Shown here in pieces: positions 46,334 to 54,918 of a stretch of 64,000 nt of DNA. A program made the position numbers and the translations under genes. This DNA comes from Promethearchaeota archaeon. GTDB lineage: Archaea; Asgardarchaeota; Lokiarchaeia; Sigyniarchaeales; SOKP01. Location: positions 32,001 through 96,000 of the forward strand of contig JAHPZA010000003.1 of NCBI GenBank assembly GCA_019058445.1, written 5' to 3'. A model generated the notes under the pieces. The model worked only from the letters and a program-made list of their open reading frames with translations. It was not told where the DNA came from and ran no database searches. Numbering within the stretch: the first letter of the stretch is position 1; the number at the start of each line of letters is the position of its first letter.

Positions 46334-47299
46334 TTATATCCCTAAATTTGATGTTAAACACATAAAAAGTTCATCTAAACCCTCTCCTGTCAAAGCGGAA
46401 GTTTCAAAAAATTGAAAGTTATATCGGTCAGCAAATTTGTAGGCATTGCTTCTGATTTCTTCTCTATTCTCTACTTTATCAATTTTATTCCCTACAATTA
46501 TGTAAAGGATCGAAGAATTTTTGATGAAATGGCGGGCTTCTTCAATCCACTCGTTAATCATTCCTAATGTTTCTTGTTTAGAATAATCGAATACAATTAG
46601 AACTGCCTTTGAGTGGTTATAGAAATGCCTACGTATCTTTGCAAAACTTTTTTTGCCTCCTAAGTCAAACAGTGAAAATGTTATTTTCATATCTTTCAAA
46701 ATTTGAAGTTCTTTTTCAATTATTGAAAGACCTATAGTAGGTTTATATTGCTCAATAAATTCACCATTAACAAACATGTTTGCTATGGCACTTTTGCCCA
46801 CATTATCTGGTCCAATTAGTACAATCTTATTTATTGAATTTTTACTATTAGAATGGTTGTTGGATTCTAGTTCTACGTTTCCGCCATTAACAAGATTAGG
46901 AAGTTTCGTCGAAATTTTTCGATCATTTAGAATTTGTGATGCTTTTTCTGCCACAATGTATGAATACGGGATAAATTTGTCAATATCAGAGTAAGCATCT
47001 GCTACTAATACAAATAATGCTCTAGTTGGTCCAACATTTCCCAGTTCTAAATAGAACAAACGATAGTCATTAGTATCAAATGTACCACTGCCATAAGATG
47101 TATCGGCGAATCTTTTAATTTTATTAAGAGCCCCTTCAAGGATGCTCATAATCGCTCCAATAATCTCTTCATTAAAATTTTTTACTGATTGGCGAGCAAT
47201 AATTAATCCATCCAAATCTACAATTAACGTAGCAATTAATTCATCAACTTTTTTCAAAAAATTGGCTAACAATTCTTCTAATAGCGTGACGCGCAACAT
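46334..47299 (-). CDS. Roadblock (MglB-like) domain fused to a Rab-like small GTPase, inside the che cluster
   Basis: N-terminal LIATLIVDLDGLIIA...IIGAIMS. GTPase motifs GPDNVGKS, YKPTIG, FDLGGK, NKID, ETSA. Confidence 0.85.
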   Translation of the reverse strand: MLRVTLLEELLANFLKKVDELIATLIVDLDGLIIARQSVKNFNEEIIGAIMSILEGALNKIKRFADTSYGSGTFDTNDYRLFYLELGNVGPTRALFVLVADAYSDIDKFIPYSYIVAEKASQILNDRKISTKLPNLVNGGNVELESNNHSNSKNSINKIVLIGPDNVGKSAIANMFVNGEFIEQYKPTIGLSIIEKELQILKDMKITFSLFDLGGKKSFAKIRRHFYNHSKAVLIVFDYSKQETLGMINEWIEEARHFIKNSSILYIIVGNKIDKVENREEIRSNAYKFADRYNFQFFETSALTGEGLDELFMCLTSNLGI

Positions 47300-47428
47300 T
47301 TTTAATTTATTCTAACTTTAAGTTAGAGAATTTATACTCAAAATCTTAATATTTTAGCTATTTTTAAACTCAATGATAAACAAAAATTTTTATAGCGATA
47401 GAACAACAATAAATTCCTTTCAAATCTA

Positions 47429-48610
47429 TTAAGCTCTAGAAAATTTTGACGCATATCTTACTATATAATCCTTAATGTGGTAATTTGGACTTATTATTTC
47501 GGCAAAACCATATTTGGCTGCAAATTTTGGCATTCCGTAGAGAATAGCTGTTTCTTCAGATTCTGCAATTGTAACCCCTCCCGATTTTTGAATTGCCCCC
47601 AATCCTTGAACTCCATCCTTACCCATTCCAGTTAACAAAATACCTAAAGTATTTTTATTGAATGCTTTTGCTGCCGAATAGAATAACACATCAATAGAAG
47701 GTTTACAAAAATTAACCGGTTCCCCATTAAAGATTCTGATTGTTGGAGATCTTAAGTTCCTATTTTTTACCATAATTTCCATGTGTTTGTCCCCTGGAGC
47801 AATATAAATATATCCAGATTTAATTATTTCACCATTATTTGGAATTTTTACTTTTAACTTGCACAAATCATTCATTGATTCAGCAAATTGATTCATAAAA
47901 AAGAGATTTAGATGTTGTACAATGAATATAGATCCTGGAAAATTTGAGGGAATTCCCTTCAAGATTGATTTTAAGGTTTTGGGACCACCTACACTGGATC
48001 CCATGACTATGATGCATGGTACCTCAGATCCACTCTTAACTTGCGGGATTTTAGATGCTTTTTCTTGAACAACTACTTTTAAATCATGATGATTTGTGAT
48101 TTTAATAGGGACTATTTTCTCTGAATTTAATTTTTTCTCTAAAATTTCTTTTTTAACCTTAATTTCTGAAGCTAAAAGCACTTTATTTATTAACTGCGTT
48201 TTAAATTTAGGAAATTCCTCTTTCCATACTCCAGTAGGTTTAATAATATAATCAAAAGCTCCCAATAGGAGGGTTTGAATCGAATCATTTAATGTTTTTG
48301 ACGCTTCAGAGGGATTGAGAGCAGAAAAAACGATTGTTGGCACGGGATAATGCTTTGAAAGATATCGATATAACGTAATTCCATCCATTTTAGGCATAAT
48401 TAGATCTAAAAGCAAAACATCTGGATTTGTTTTTTCAATTTTTTCGATGGCTTCTTCTCCATTTCTTGCGATATCAACTACTTCGATTTGAGGGTGTTCC
48501 GAAAGCATATCTGATAATATTTTTCTCTGATAAGAAGAGTCTTCTGCTATGAGGACTTTGACCTTCTTATGTGAACTATCCTCAGTTTTCATGTTCTTGA
48601 GAGCACTCAT
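47429..48610 (-). CDS. cheB: Chemotaxis methylesterase CheB (second copy)
   Basis: REC domain AEDS..LDLIMP..KP; GSSVGGP, VQHL, TGMGKDG; YGMP. Confidence 0.93.
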   Translation of the reverse strand: MSALKNMKTEDSSHKKVKVLIAEDSSYQRKILSDMLSEHPQIEVVDIARNGEEAIEKIEKTNPDVLLLDLIMPKMDGITLYRYLSKHYPVPTIVFSALNPSEASKTLNDSIQTLLLGAFDYIIKPTGVWKEEFPKFKTQLINKVLLASEIKVKKEILEKKLNSEKIVPIKITNHHDLKVVVQEKASKIPQVKSGSEVPCIIVMGSSVGGPKTLKSILKGIPSNFPGSIFIVQHLNLFFMNQFAESMNDLCKLKVKIPNNGEIIKSGYIYIAPGDKHMEIMVKNRNLRSPTIRIFNGEPVNFCKPSIDVLFYSAAKAFNKNTLGILLTGMGKDGVQGLGAIQKSGGVTIAESEETAILYGMPKFAAKYGFAEIISPNYHIKDYIVRYASKFSRA

Positions 48611-48677
48611 AAATGATTCTACTTTAGTCCTTTGAATACCTTAAAATTGATTAAAATAAATAGTTTTAAAACTATTT

Positions 48678-49067
48678 CTAGGCTTTGGCCATAGTGTGCC
48701 TTGTTAGAATTTGTTCCACTTGGTCCTTCTTGAAGGGTTTACGAATAAAATCCTTTGCGCCTAGTTGAGTCGCTTCAAGTATTAAATCCTGTTGGCCAAT
48801 TGCAGACACTACAATAATTGATGCTGTTTTATCAAAGTTTAGAATACCTTTAATGGCATCTAGTCCTCCTAGCTGTGGCATGATAAGATCCATAGTAACC
48901 AAATCTGGCTTTAATTTTTTATATAGTTCAATTGCTTCATTTCCATTTTTCGCTTCTGCAATGACTTCAGCAAAATTAGTGCCGTTTATAATGTTCTTAA
49001 GCATGGCTCTAGTGAATCCAGCATCATCAACAATTAATACCTTTTTTTTGTGATTCTCTTTAGACAT
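48678..49067 (-). CDS. cheY: Chemotaxis response regulator CheY
   Basis: Single REC domain: IVDDAGFTR, VTMDLIMP, VSAIGQ, FIRKPF. Confidence 0.92.
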   Translation of the reverse strand: MSKENHKKKVLIVDDAGFTRAMLKNIINGTNFAEVIAEAKNGNEAIELYKKLKPDLVTMDLIMPQLGGLDAIKGILNFDKTASIIVVSAIGQQDLILEATQLGAKDFIRKPFKKDQVEQILTRHTMAKA

Positions 49068-49159
49068 GTTAACATTCCCCTAATTTTTCATAAAATTTAT
49101 GATAGGTTAATTTGAAAAATTTTCGTACTTTTTGTGAGTTTAACTAAGACGTACTTTTA

Positions 49160-49256
49160 TATAATTTTGATAAAGTAAGTATTTAAAAAATTAATGAAAT
49201 GCAAAATAGTTGCCCAGAATAACACAAAAAATTTGAAAAAAATTTGATTTAAATAT
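49160..49256 (-). promoter_or_regulatory. Duplicated promoter, copy 1 (upstream of cheY-cheB-GTPase-cheB)
   Basis: 34-bp exact match TTGATAAAGTAAGTATTTAAAAAATTAATGAAAT (49167-49200) to 61019-61052, with similarity over ~100 bp. Contains a minus-strand TATA box TTTAAATA. Confidence 0.8.
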
Positions 49257-49313
49257 TAATTCTATTTTGGATTTTGAGAGTTTAAGATCAGTAATCTTAT
49301 CTAAATTACTTAT

Positions 49314-49964
49314 CTATTTAATTTTAAGAAGGTCAAATATTATTTTAATAGTATCTATACTTGGAATAAAACAAATTATCCCATCTATACTTAATTCTTC
49401 AATTTTTATATTTGTGTTAATTATTATTATAGAATCTGTGAGCTCTGAATAATTTGCAGCCACTGAATTACATATTGCGCCAATTGAATCTAAAGCTAAA
49501 ACAGGAACATTAGGAATTAGTTTGATGCCCATTAAATTTGCTAATGAGCTTGCATAATGTCCCGCTAATATATTGCCGATTTCAGAAATGATACTCCTCG
49601 TCAAATCATCTAATTCCTCGATTTCGTGTATATCATCAATAGATATCTCAGAAATCGAATTGATCATGTTAATCATGGATTCTTTAGTAAAGATTTGTAG
49701 TACAGTTAAGTTATGCTTTCCTGTTATATTTGAACAAATTCCAAAGATATTAGTTTCTTGATCGGGAAAAATATTATTTAACTCCCAAAAAGGAATGATT
49801 TTAATGCCAGTTAAAGAAACTTCAACTCGCTTATTAACAAGTTCTGATAACGCAACAACAGCATTACCGGACCCAATATTTCCTAATTCTTTTAACGAAT
49901 CTAACTGCTCAGGACTCAATTTTATTGAGTTATTTACCCCTTCAAGACCTTCATTTAATTTCAT
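49314..49964 (-). CDS. cheC: CheY-P phosphatase CheC
   Basis: Two active-site motifs, DSLKELGNIGSGNA and SIISEIGNILAGHY. Confidence 0.92.
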   Translation of the reverse strand: MKLNEGLEGVNNSIKLSPEQLDSLKELGNIGSGNAVVALSELVNKRVEVSLTGIKIIPFWELNNIFPDQETNIFGICSNITGKHNLTVLQIFTKESMINMINSISEISIDDIHEIEELDDLTRSIISEIGNILAGHYASSLANLMGIKLIPNVPVLALDSIGAICNSVAANYSELTDSIIIINTNIKIEELSIDGIICFIPSIDTIKIIFDLLKIK

Positions 49965-49984
49965 ATTCTTTAAACCTCTAAATT

Positions 49985-50530
49985 TTAATTAATTTTTTTA
50001 GTAATTGTATCTTTGCTTGTTTTTATTTGGATTATATCATCGCCTATATTATATATGATTGTTCTCCCTTTTTTTCCTCCAACTTCCTCAAATAGAATTT
50101 TAATATTTAATGAGCTTAATACTTCTCTTGCGATTTTAATATTTTGCTTACCGATACAGTTAAATTCATTATCAAAAATAGTTGCACCTCCAATCATAAC
50201 TGCTTTTAAATTCTTTAATTTTGCTCCGCTCTGTATCATTTTGTCCACTAAATCTTTTATAGAAGTATTTACAAATTTATGAGGTAATTTTATCTGGGAA
50301 GCTTCTTTATTTTCAGAGGTCGGAAGTAAGACATGGGACATAGCATGTATATGATTTATCGAATCTGTTAACAGAATTGCGATACATGAGCCCAATCCAT
50401 ATATAGAAATCGTTTTGTAGTTTTTATATTTCTTACTCGAGTTTACTAATGCATAATGTGCGATGGGTAAAAAAATCTCTCCGTTTTGATTAGGTTTGAT
50501 TATGCGATCAATTCGTTCTTCATAAACCAT
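49985..50530 (-). CDS. cheD: Chemoreceptor glutamine deamidase CheD
   Basis: GLGSCIAI, SHVLLP, KF, MIGGA, IGKQN, EEVGGKKGRTI. Confidence 0.92.
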   Translation of the reverse strand: MVYEERIDRIIKPNQNGEIFLPIAHYALVNSSKKYKNYKTISIYGLGSCIAILLTDSINHIHAMSHVLLPTSENKEASQIKLPHKFVNTSIKDLVDKMIQSGAKLKNLKAVMIGGATIFDNEFNCIGKQNIKIAREVLSSLNIKILFEEVGGKKGRTIIYNIGDDIIQIKTSKDTITKKIN

Positions 50531-50544
50531 AATGAATTAACTTT

Positions 50545-51444
50545 TTAACTTTTAATATAAAAATGATTCCTTCCATCAAGTAACTTGAGATTGAGATTGG
50601 AATTTAAAAGAGTTTCAGTTTTTCCAAGGACCAATAATCCGCCATTCGTTAATTTATCTTTTAAAATCTTTAATAGTTTCTCTCTAAAACCTCTATTTAT
50701 ATATATCAATAAATATCTACAAAAAATAACATCATACTTTTGAGATCTTTGATGTCCCTTTGTGACATCCTCTATGATAAAATCTACTTTTTTTTTAATA
50801 TCATTGCAAATTAAATATTTGGGTCCTAATCGATCATGAAATTTAGTAAAATATGCTAATTTATATCTCTCAGGAGTTTCTTTTAAAGCCTCTTCACTAT
50901 AGAATCCCATTCGTGCCATTTTAATAATATTACTATCAACATCAGAAGCAACTAGATCATAGGTAGGAAAATCATTGATTTCTTCCCTTAATTGCTCAAG
51001 CATCATAGCTAGAGAATAAGGTTCCTCGCCTGAGGCACATGCACATGACCAAATTTTCAACCCCTCCTCTTTATAAGCATAATCTCTGCGAATTTTGTCA
51101 TAAATAGAAAGCTTAGAGACATCAATATTATCAGAATAATTTTGAAATTTTCCATTTTTACAAGCAAGAATAATCTGACGAAGTTTTTCATAAATTTCGA
51201 TGTTTCTAAAGAAATAAGTATAATTTATAGTAAACCTGTCCAAAAACAATTCAATTTCTTGGGGATTTGATGAAATATAATCAAGATAACTTTGGTCGGT
51301 TGTCAAACCGACTCGAATCATTCGAGCTTTAATCCTTCTTTCAAGAAAATTCCTTCGATAACATTCAAACTCTATACCGGTTGAATCTTTCAATTTTTCT
51401 ATCAAATTGTTGATGGATTTAGGGTTAAATGCTATACTTTCCAT
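50545..51444 (-). CDS. cheR: Chemotaxis methyltransferase CheR
   Basis: RRIKARM, TINYTYFFRN, IWSCACASGEEPYSLAM, ASDVD, DVIFCRYLLIY, LGKTE. Confidence 0.94.
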   Translation of the reverse strand: MESIAFNPKSINNLIEKLKDSTGIEFECYRRNFLERRIKARMIRVGLTTDQSYLDYISSNPQEIELFLDRFTINYTYFFRNIEIYEKLRQIILACKNGKFQNYSDNIDVSKLSIYDKIRRDYAYKEEGLKIWSCACASGEEPYSLAMMLEQLREEINDFPTYDLVASDVDSNIIKMARMGFYSEEALKETPERYKLAYFTKFHDRLGPKYLICNDIKKKVDFIIEDVTKGHQRSQKYDVIFCRYLLIYINRGFREKLLKILKDKLTNGGLLVLGKTETLLNSNLNLKLLDGRNHFYIKS

Positions 51445-51467
51445 TGAATTCTCTTCCTTTAAGAATT

Positions 51468-52037
51468 TTAAAGATTTTTCAATAACTCCTCGAGTTGGCT
51501 AATCCTTTTATCTATATGTTGAATTGAATATTTCACATGAGAATGAATTTCTTTAATTTCATTTACGATATGTGAAATTTTAATATGAACACTTCTGTTT
51601 ATTTGGGGTTTTAAAGTGCTCATAGCTTTTGATTGTTGAACTTGAAGTAATTGAGAACCTAAATTATTTGAAGCGGTTGTTTTTGCGATCTGAGCTGAGT
51701 TGTTTTTTTGTCTAGATTCGCCAGGAAAACCATATCTTTCAGGACCTCTCTTGATTTCGCTTGATATATATTGAAATTCAATAGGTTCTCTTCCCTCTTT
51801 TATAACCTCATATTTAAAACCATTAAATTCTTTATTATTTTTGAGTTTGCCTGCCCAATTTGCGGCAATATATCTATGAAATAAACGAGATTGTAACCCT
51901 GCCCAAATCCAAATTAAATTTAATGGTTTATCTACAAACAAATATACACTATTAGTTTCAAAGAGCTTATCGGGATTTTTTGTGAGATTTTCACCGTTGA
52001 TTTTATATACATAATTAAAGTATTCGTTTTGTTGCAT
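51468..52037 (-). CDS. Gelsolin-like domain protein with a C-terminal coiled coil, inside the che operon
   Basis: FETNSVYLFVD...LIWIWAG..S....RYIA...A..L.......YEVIKEGREPIEF matches the gelsolin/villin repeat consensus. A Q/S/N-rich linker and the heptad tail IDKRISQLEELLKNL follow. Confidence 0.75.
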   Translation of the reverse strand: MQQNEYFNYVYKINGENLTKNPDKLFETNSVYLFVDKPLNLIWIWAGLQSRLFHRYIAANWAGKLKNNKEFNGFKYEVIKEGREPIEFQYISSEIKRGPERYGFPGESRQKNNSAQIAKTTASNNLGSQLLQVQQSKAMSTLKPQINRSVHIKISHIVNEIKEIHSHVKYSIQHIDKRISQLEELLKNL

Positions 52038-52114
52038 ATCCCTTAGCCATTTTGATATTTTTTGTAAAAATTTGGATTATGTGGGAATTAAAAAAATATT
52101 CCCCATGTTTTTTT

Positions 52115-54025
52115 TTAAACTTCGTAAAATGTGGAGAGTGTATCTAATAATTCTTGTAAAGTCTCGAGTTCTGGAATAAAGAGAAAAGTGCCCTGAATCT
52201 CAAATTCTTTAATAATAACATTTGTAGTGATTACTAAAGAAAGTTCTTTCATCAATCCAATTTCTTCATTTAGGATTTTAAACAATTTCATGCCGGTATC
52301 TAAACTTATGTCCGGCGGCTCAGTCATCAATCTTATACTTAATAAATTCCCTAAAGCTGTAGTATAATGACTGGCTAATATATGACCGAGTTCTTTCATT
52401 GCATCAATATAAATTTCAGGAAAATCATTGATAGATTTCACGCTTCTTAAATCTATTTTTGCTTTTCCGTTATCACCTATTATGATAGAAGTCAAATTAG
52501 TGATGTCTGGTACTTTAAATAAAGTTAGAACTGTTGCTCTGGTTTTTCCTTGAACTCCACTCCAGGAGACAAATAATTTCATATTTTTCTTGCTCATTTT
52601 TTTGGCAAACTGATCAATAGAAACGACCTCTACTGAGGGAATATTGATATCTACTCGCTTATTTATCATTTTTGCTAAGGCGTTAGCAGCATTACCAGCA
52701 CCAATGTTTCCAACTTCTCTTAAAGCATCTTTCTGAATATCTGTAAGTTCTAAGTCAATGAATTTATCGAGCGCTCCTCCCGGTTTAACAGGTTCAACCT
52801 TATCATAGATATCTAATTTATTGAATAGACTTTTTATAGCTTTTAAGTCTGGTATATAGAAAAAGATACCATTCATCTGTAAATCAGTAACTTTAATTGC
52901 TGTTTTTATAATTACCACATATTCAGATTGCTCTTGAAGCTCTTTAGCTAAGAAATTTCCTAAATTGCCCGCATTGCTCATAGCAAATTCAGGAACATCA
53001 AAAATCATTTTTGTATTTAATAAATCTGCTAATGCTGAAGCATAATGTCCCGCGAGAATATTTCCAAATTCCGTGACTGTAGAAATAGCAAAATCATCTA
53101 AATCTTTTTTAGTTTTTACTTTATCCGGATTAATCTTTGACTTTTTGCCCGCTAGATCTGCTATTAATTTCATTAATGGAGTTAATTCAAACACTTGAAG
53201 TATTGTAGATAATGAAGGCTTTCTTATATGCGAAAATATTCCACAGACAACTTCTGACTCATTACCAAATTGACGAGGTAACTGTTCTAGAGAAATAATA
53301 CCAACATCCGTAAGATCTACATCTATTCGTTTATTTATTAATCTTGAAAGAGCTGTGACTGCATTTCCACTTCCAATGTTCCCTACCTCCTGTAGTGTAT
53401 CTTTTTGCATTTTGGTAAGCTTCACTATATCGTGAACTATCGGCTGATGTGGTTTATCACTTGAAGGGATTATAATATCTTCAGTTCTTATTCTAGCAGG
53501 AAGCTTTTCTGGGATATAACGCTCTGGTAATTGATTGATATCTTGAGAATTTCTCATTAATTGTTGATCAGGAGCTAATGGAACTATTAATGACTCAAGA
53601 TCTAAAACAACATATGTTTCCTCATCTAAGACTCCTACAGATCTAATGTATTTCATATCAATTTCAGTCTTGATAATCGCAGATTTATTCTGAAAAATTG
53701 AAATTGGGACTTCTCTCATGCTAATAACTGAATCCACATAGAGTGCAATATTAATATCCTGTAATTCTAATAAAACTAAGCGAGTATTTTTTGATAACTT
53801 TAAATGATCTCCATTTGAGTGAATCCTTTGTCCCATGGCTATTATTGTATAAATCTCCCCTCTAACATCAGCAATTCCCACAATTGATCTTTCTGCTAAA
53901 GGGATTGGAATAATTAATTCTGGAACATAAATTTCTCTTACATCTGTTATTTCAAGAAAATATATTCGATCATCTACATTAATTTCTACTAATTTTATTG
54001 TTTGTACATATTCGTTTTCTAACAT
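52115..54025 (-). CDS. CheW-CheC-CheC fusion protein
   Basis: N-terminal CheW (VREI..P..IIPIP....IVGIADVRGEI, ALYVDSV, VVLDL), then two CheC domains (DTLQEVGNIGSGNA / TEFGNILAGHY and DALREVGNIGAGNA / KELGHILASHY). Confidence 0.88.
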   Translation of the reverse strand: MLENEYVQTIKLVEINVDDRIYFLEITDVREIYVPELIIPIPLAERSIVGIADVRGEIYTIIAMGQRIHSNGDHLKLSKNTRLVLLELQDINIALYVDSVISMREVPISIFQNKSAIIKTEIDMKYIRSVGVLDEETYVVLDLESLIVPLAPDQQLMRNSQDINQLPERYIPEKLPARIRTEDIIIPSSDKPHQPIVHDIVKLTKMQKDTLQEVGNIGSGNAVTALSRLINKRIDVDLTDVGIISLEQLPRQFGNESEVVCGIFSHIRKPSLSTILQVFELTPLMKLIADLAGKKSKINPDKVKTKKDLDDFAISTVTEFGNILAGHYASALADLLNTKMIFDVPEFAMSNAGNLGNFLAKELQEQSEYVVIIKTAIKVTDLQMNGIFFYIPDLKAIKSLFNKLDIYDKVEPVKPGGALDKFIDLELTDIQKDALREVGNIGAGNAANALAKMINKRVDINIPSVEVVSIDQFAKKMSKKNMKLFVSWSGVQGKTRATVLTLFKVPDITNLTSIIIGDNGKAKIDLRSVKSINDFPEIYIDAMKELGHILASHYTTALGNLLSIRLMTEPPDISLDTGMKLFKILNEEIGLMKELSLVITTNVIIKEFEIQGTFLFIPELETLQELLDTLSTFYEV

Positions 54026-54050
54026 AGTAAATACTCTACCTCTTTAATTT

Positions 54051-54887
54051 TCAAATGTCATTTTTAATGATAATTCCTTTCCAAATGAGTTCTTTTTCCC
54101 TTTCTTCTTTAGAATGTTCAGAAAAAAAATCGGGTTGTTTAAATATTGAAATTTGACCCCCATTCGAGAATTCATACACATAATCTAGCATATCATCCAT
54201 ACTTGTGAAGTTAAAGCCTGCTATGCTCAATTCGGAATTGTTAACTATTAATAAATCCTCACTATTGAATAGGGTATATTCATCGTTAATTTCTAACCAT
54301 AATTCAGGAATTATCTCTTTTTTATCAATTGTAATTATATCATCCAGGGGTATATCCCGATACGTTTTATTTGTAGCAAAAATTATCTGGTCTGGAATAG
54401 TTTTAAGGAGTTTAGCAGTTTTATTAATCCCCTCTATTGCTTGAGTATATTTTTGTGAATCGAAGACATCATAGCACAAAACAAAAATAACTCCGCCTCC
54501 ATCTAATTTAGCTATTAAATCTACCACGTTTTCTGCATCTGAAGTTGGATTAATTTGTATATTCTCTACAAAAATATCACGAATATACTTAAAATATTGA
54601 TAAAATCTCCATTTCACTGCAGATTTATCATTTATCTCTCGACTAATGAAAGTCTGATAGAGATTTTGTAACTGCTTCTCTGATAGTTTTGAATAATCAG
54701 CGCTCGTGTCATAGTCATCCCCAATATTAACAAATTCATTTGATTTATTTGATTTTGATTTTTTCGCAACTTCATCTACATAAATCTTAAGTTCCTCTAT
54801 AGTAAATCCAGGCGCAATATATTCTACTAAATAAAGCAATCTCTTTTTGGATTTATCCTGTAATAAATCATAATATTGTATTGTCAT
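54051..54887 (-). CDS. Hypothetical cytoplasmic protein in the che operon
   Basis: 278-aa ORF with a GGAG ribosome-binding site and 25-31 bp gaps to its neighbours. No family recognised. Confidence 0.7.
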   Translation of the reverse strand: MTIQYYDLLQDKSKKRLLYLVEYIAPGFTIEELKIYVDEVAKKSKSNKSNEFVNIGDDYDTSADYSKLSEKQLQNLYQTFISREINDKSAVKWRFYQYFKYIRDIFVENIQINPTSDAENVVDLIAKLDGGGVIFVLCYDVFDSQKYTQAIEGINKTAKLLKTIPDQIIFATNKTYRDIPLDDIITIDKKEIIPELWLEINDEYTLFNSEDLLIVNNSELSIAGFNFTSMDDMLDYVYEFSNGGQISIFKQPDFFSEHSKEEREKELIWKGIIIKNDI

Positions 54888-54918
54888 TTTTTTTCTCCTT
54901 TATTTATTTAATATACAT

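Noticed and set aside
54400-54560. VVDLIAKLDGGGVIFVLC as a PD-(D/E)xK nuclease motif in the 278-aa che-operon protein
   Set aside because: The E-x-K catalytic residues are missing and the resemblance is too weak to call.
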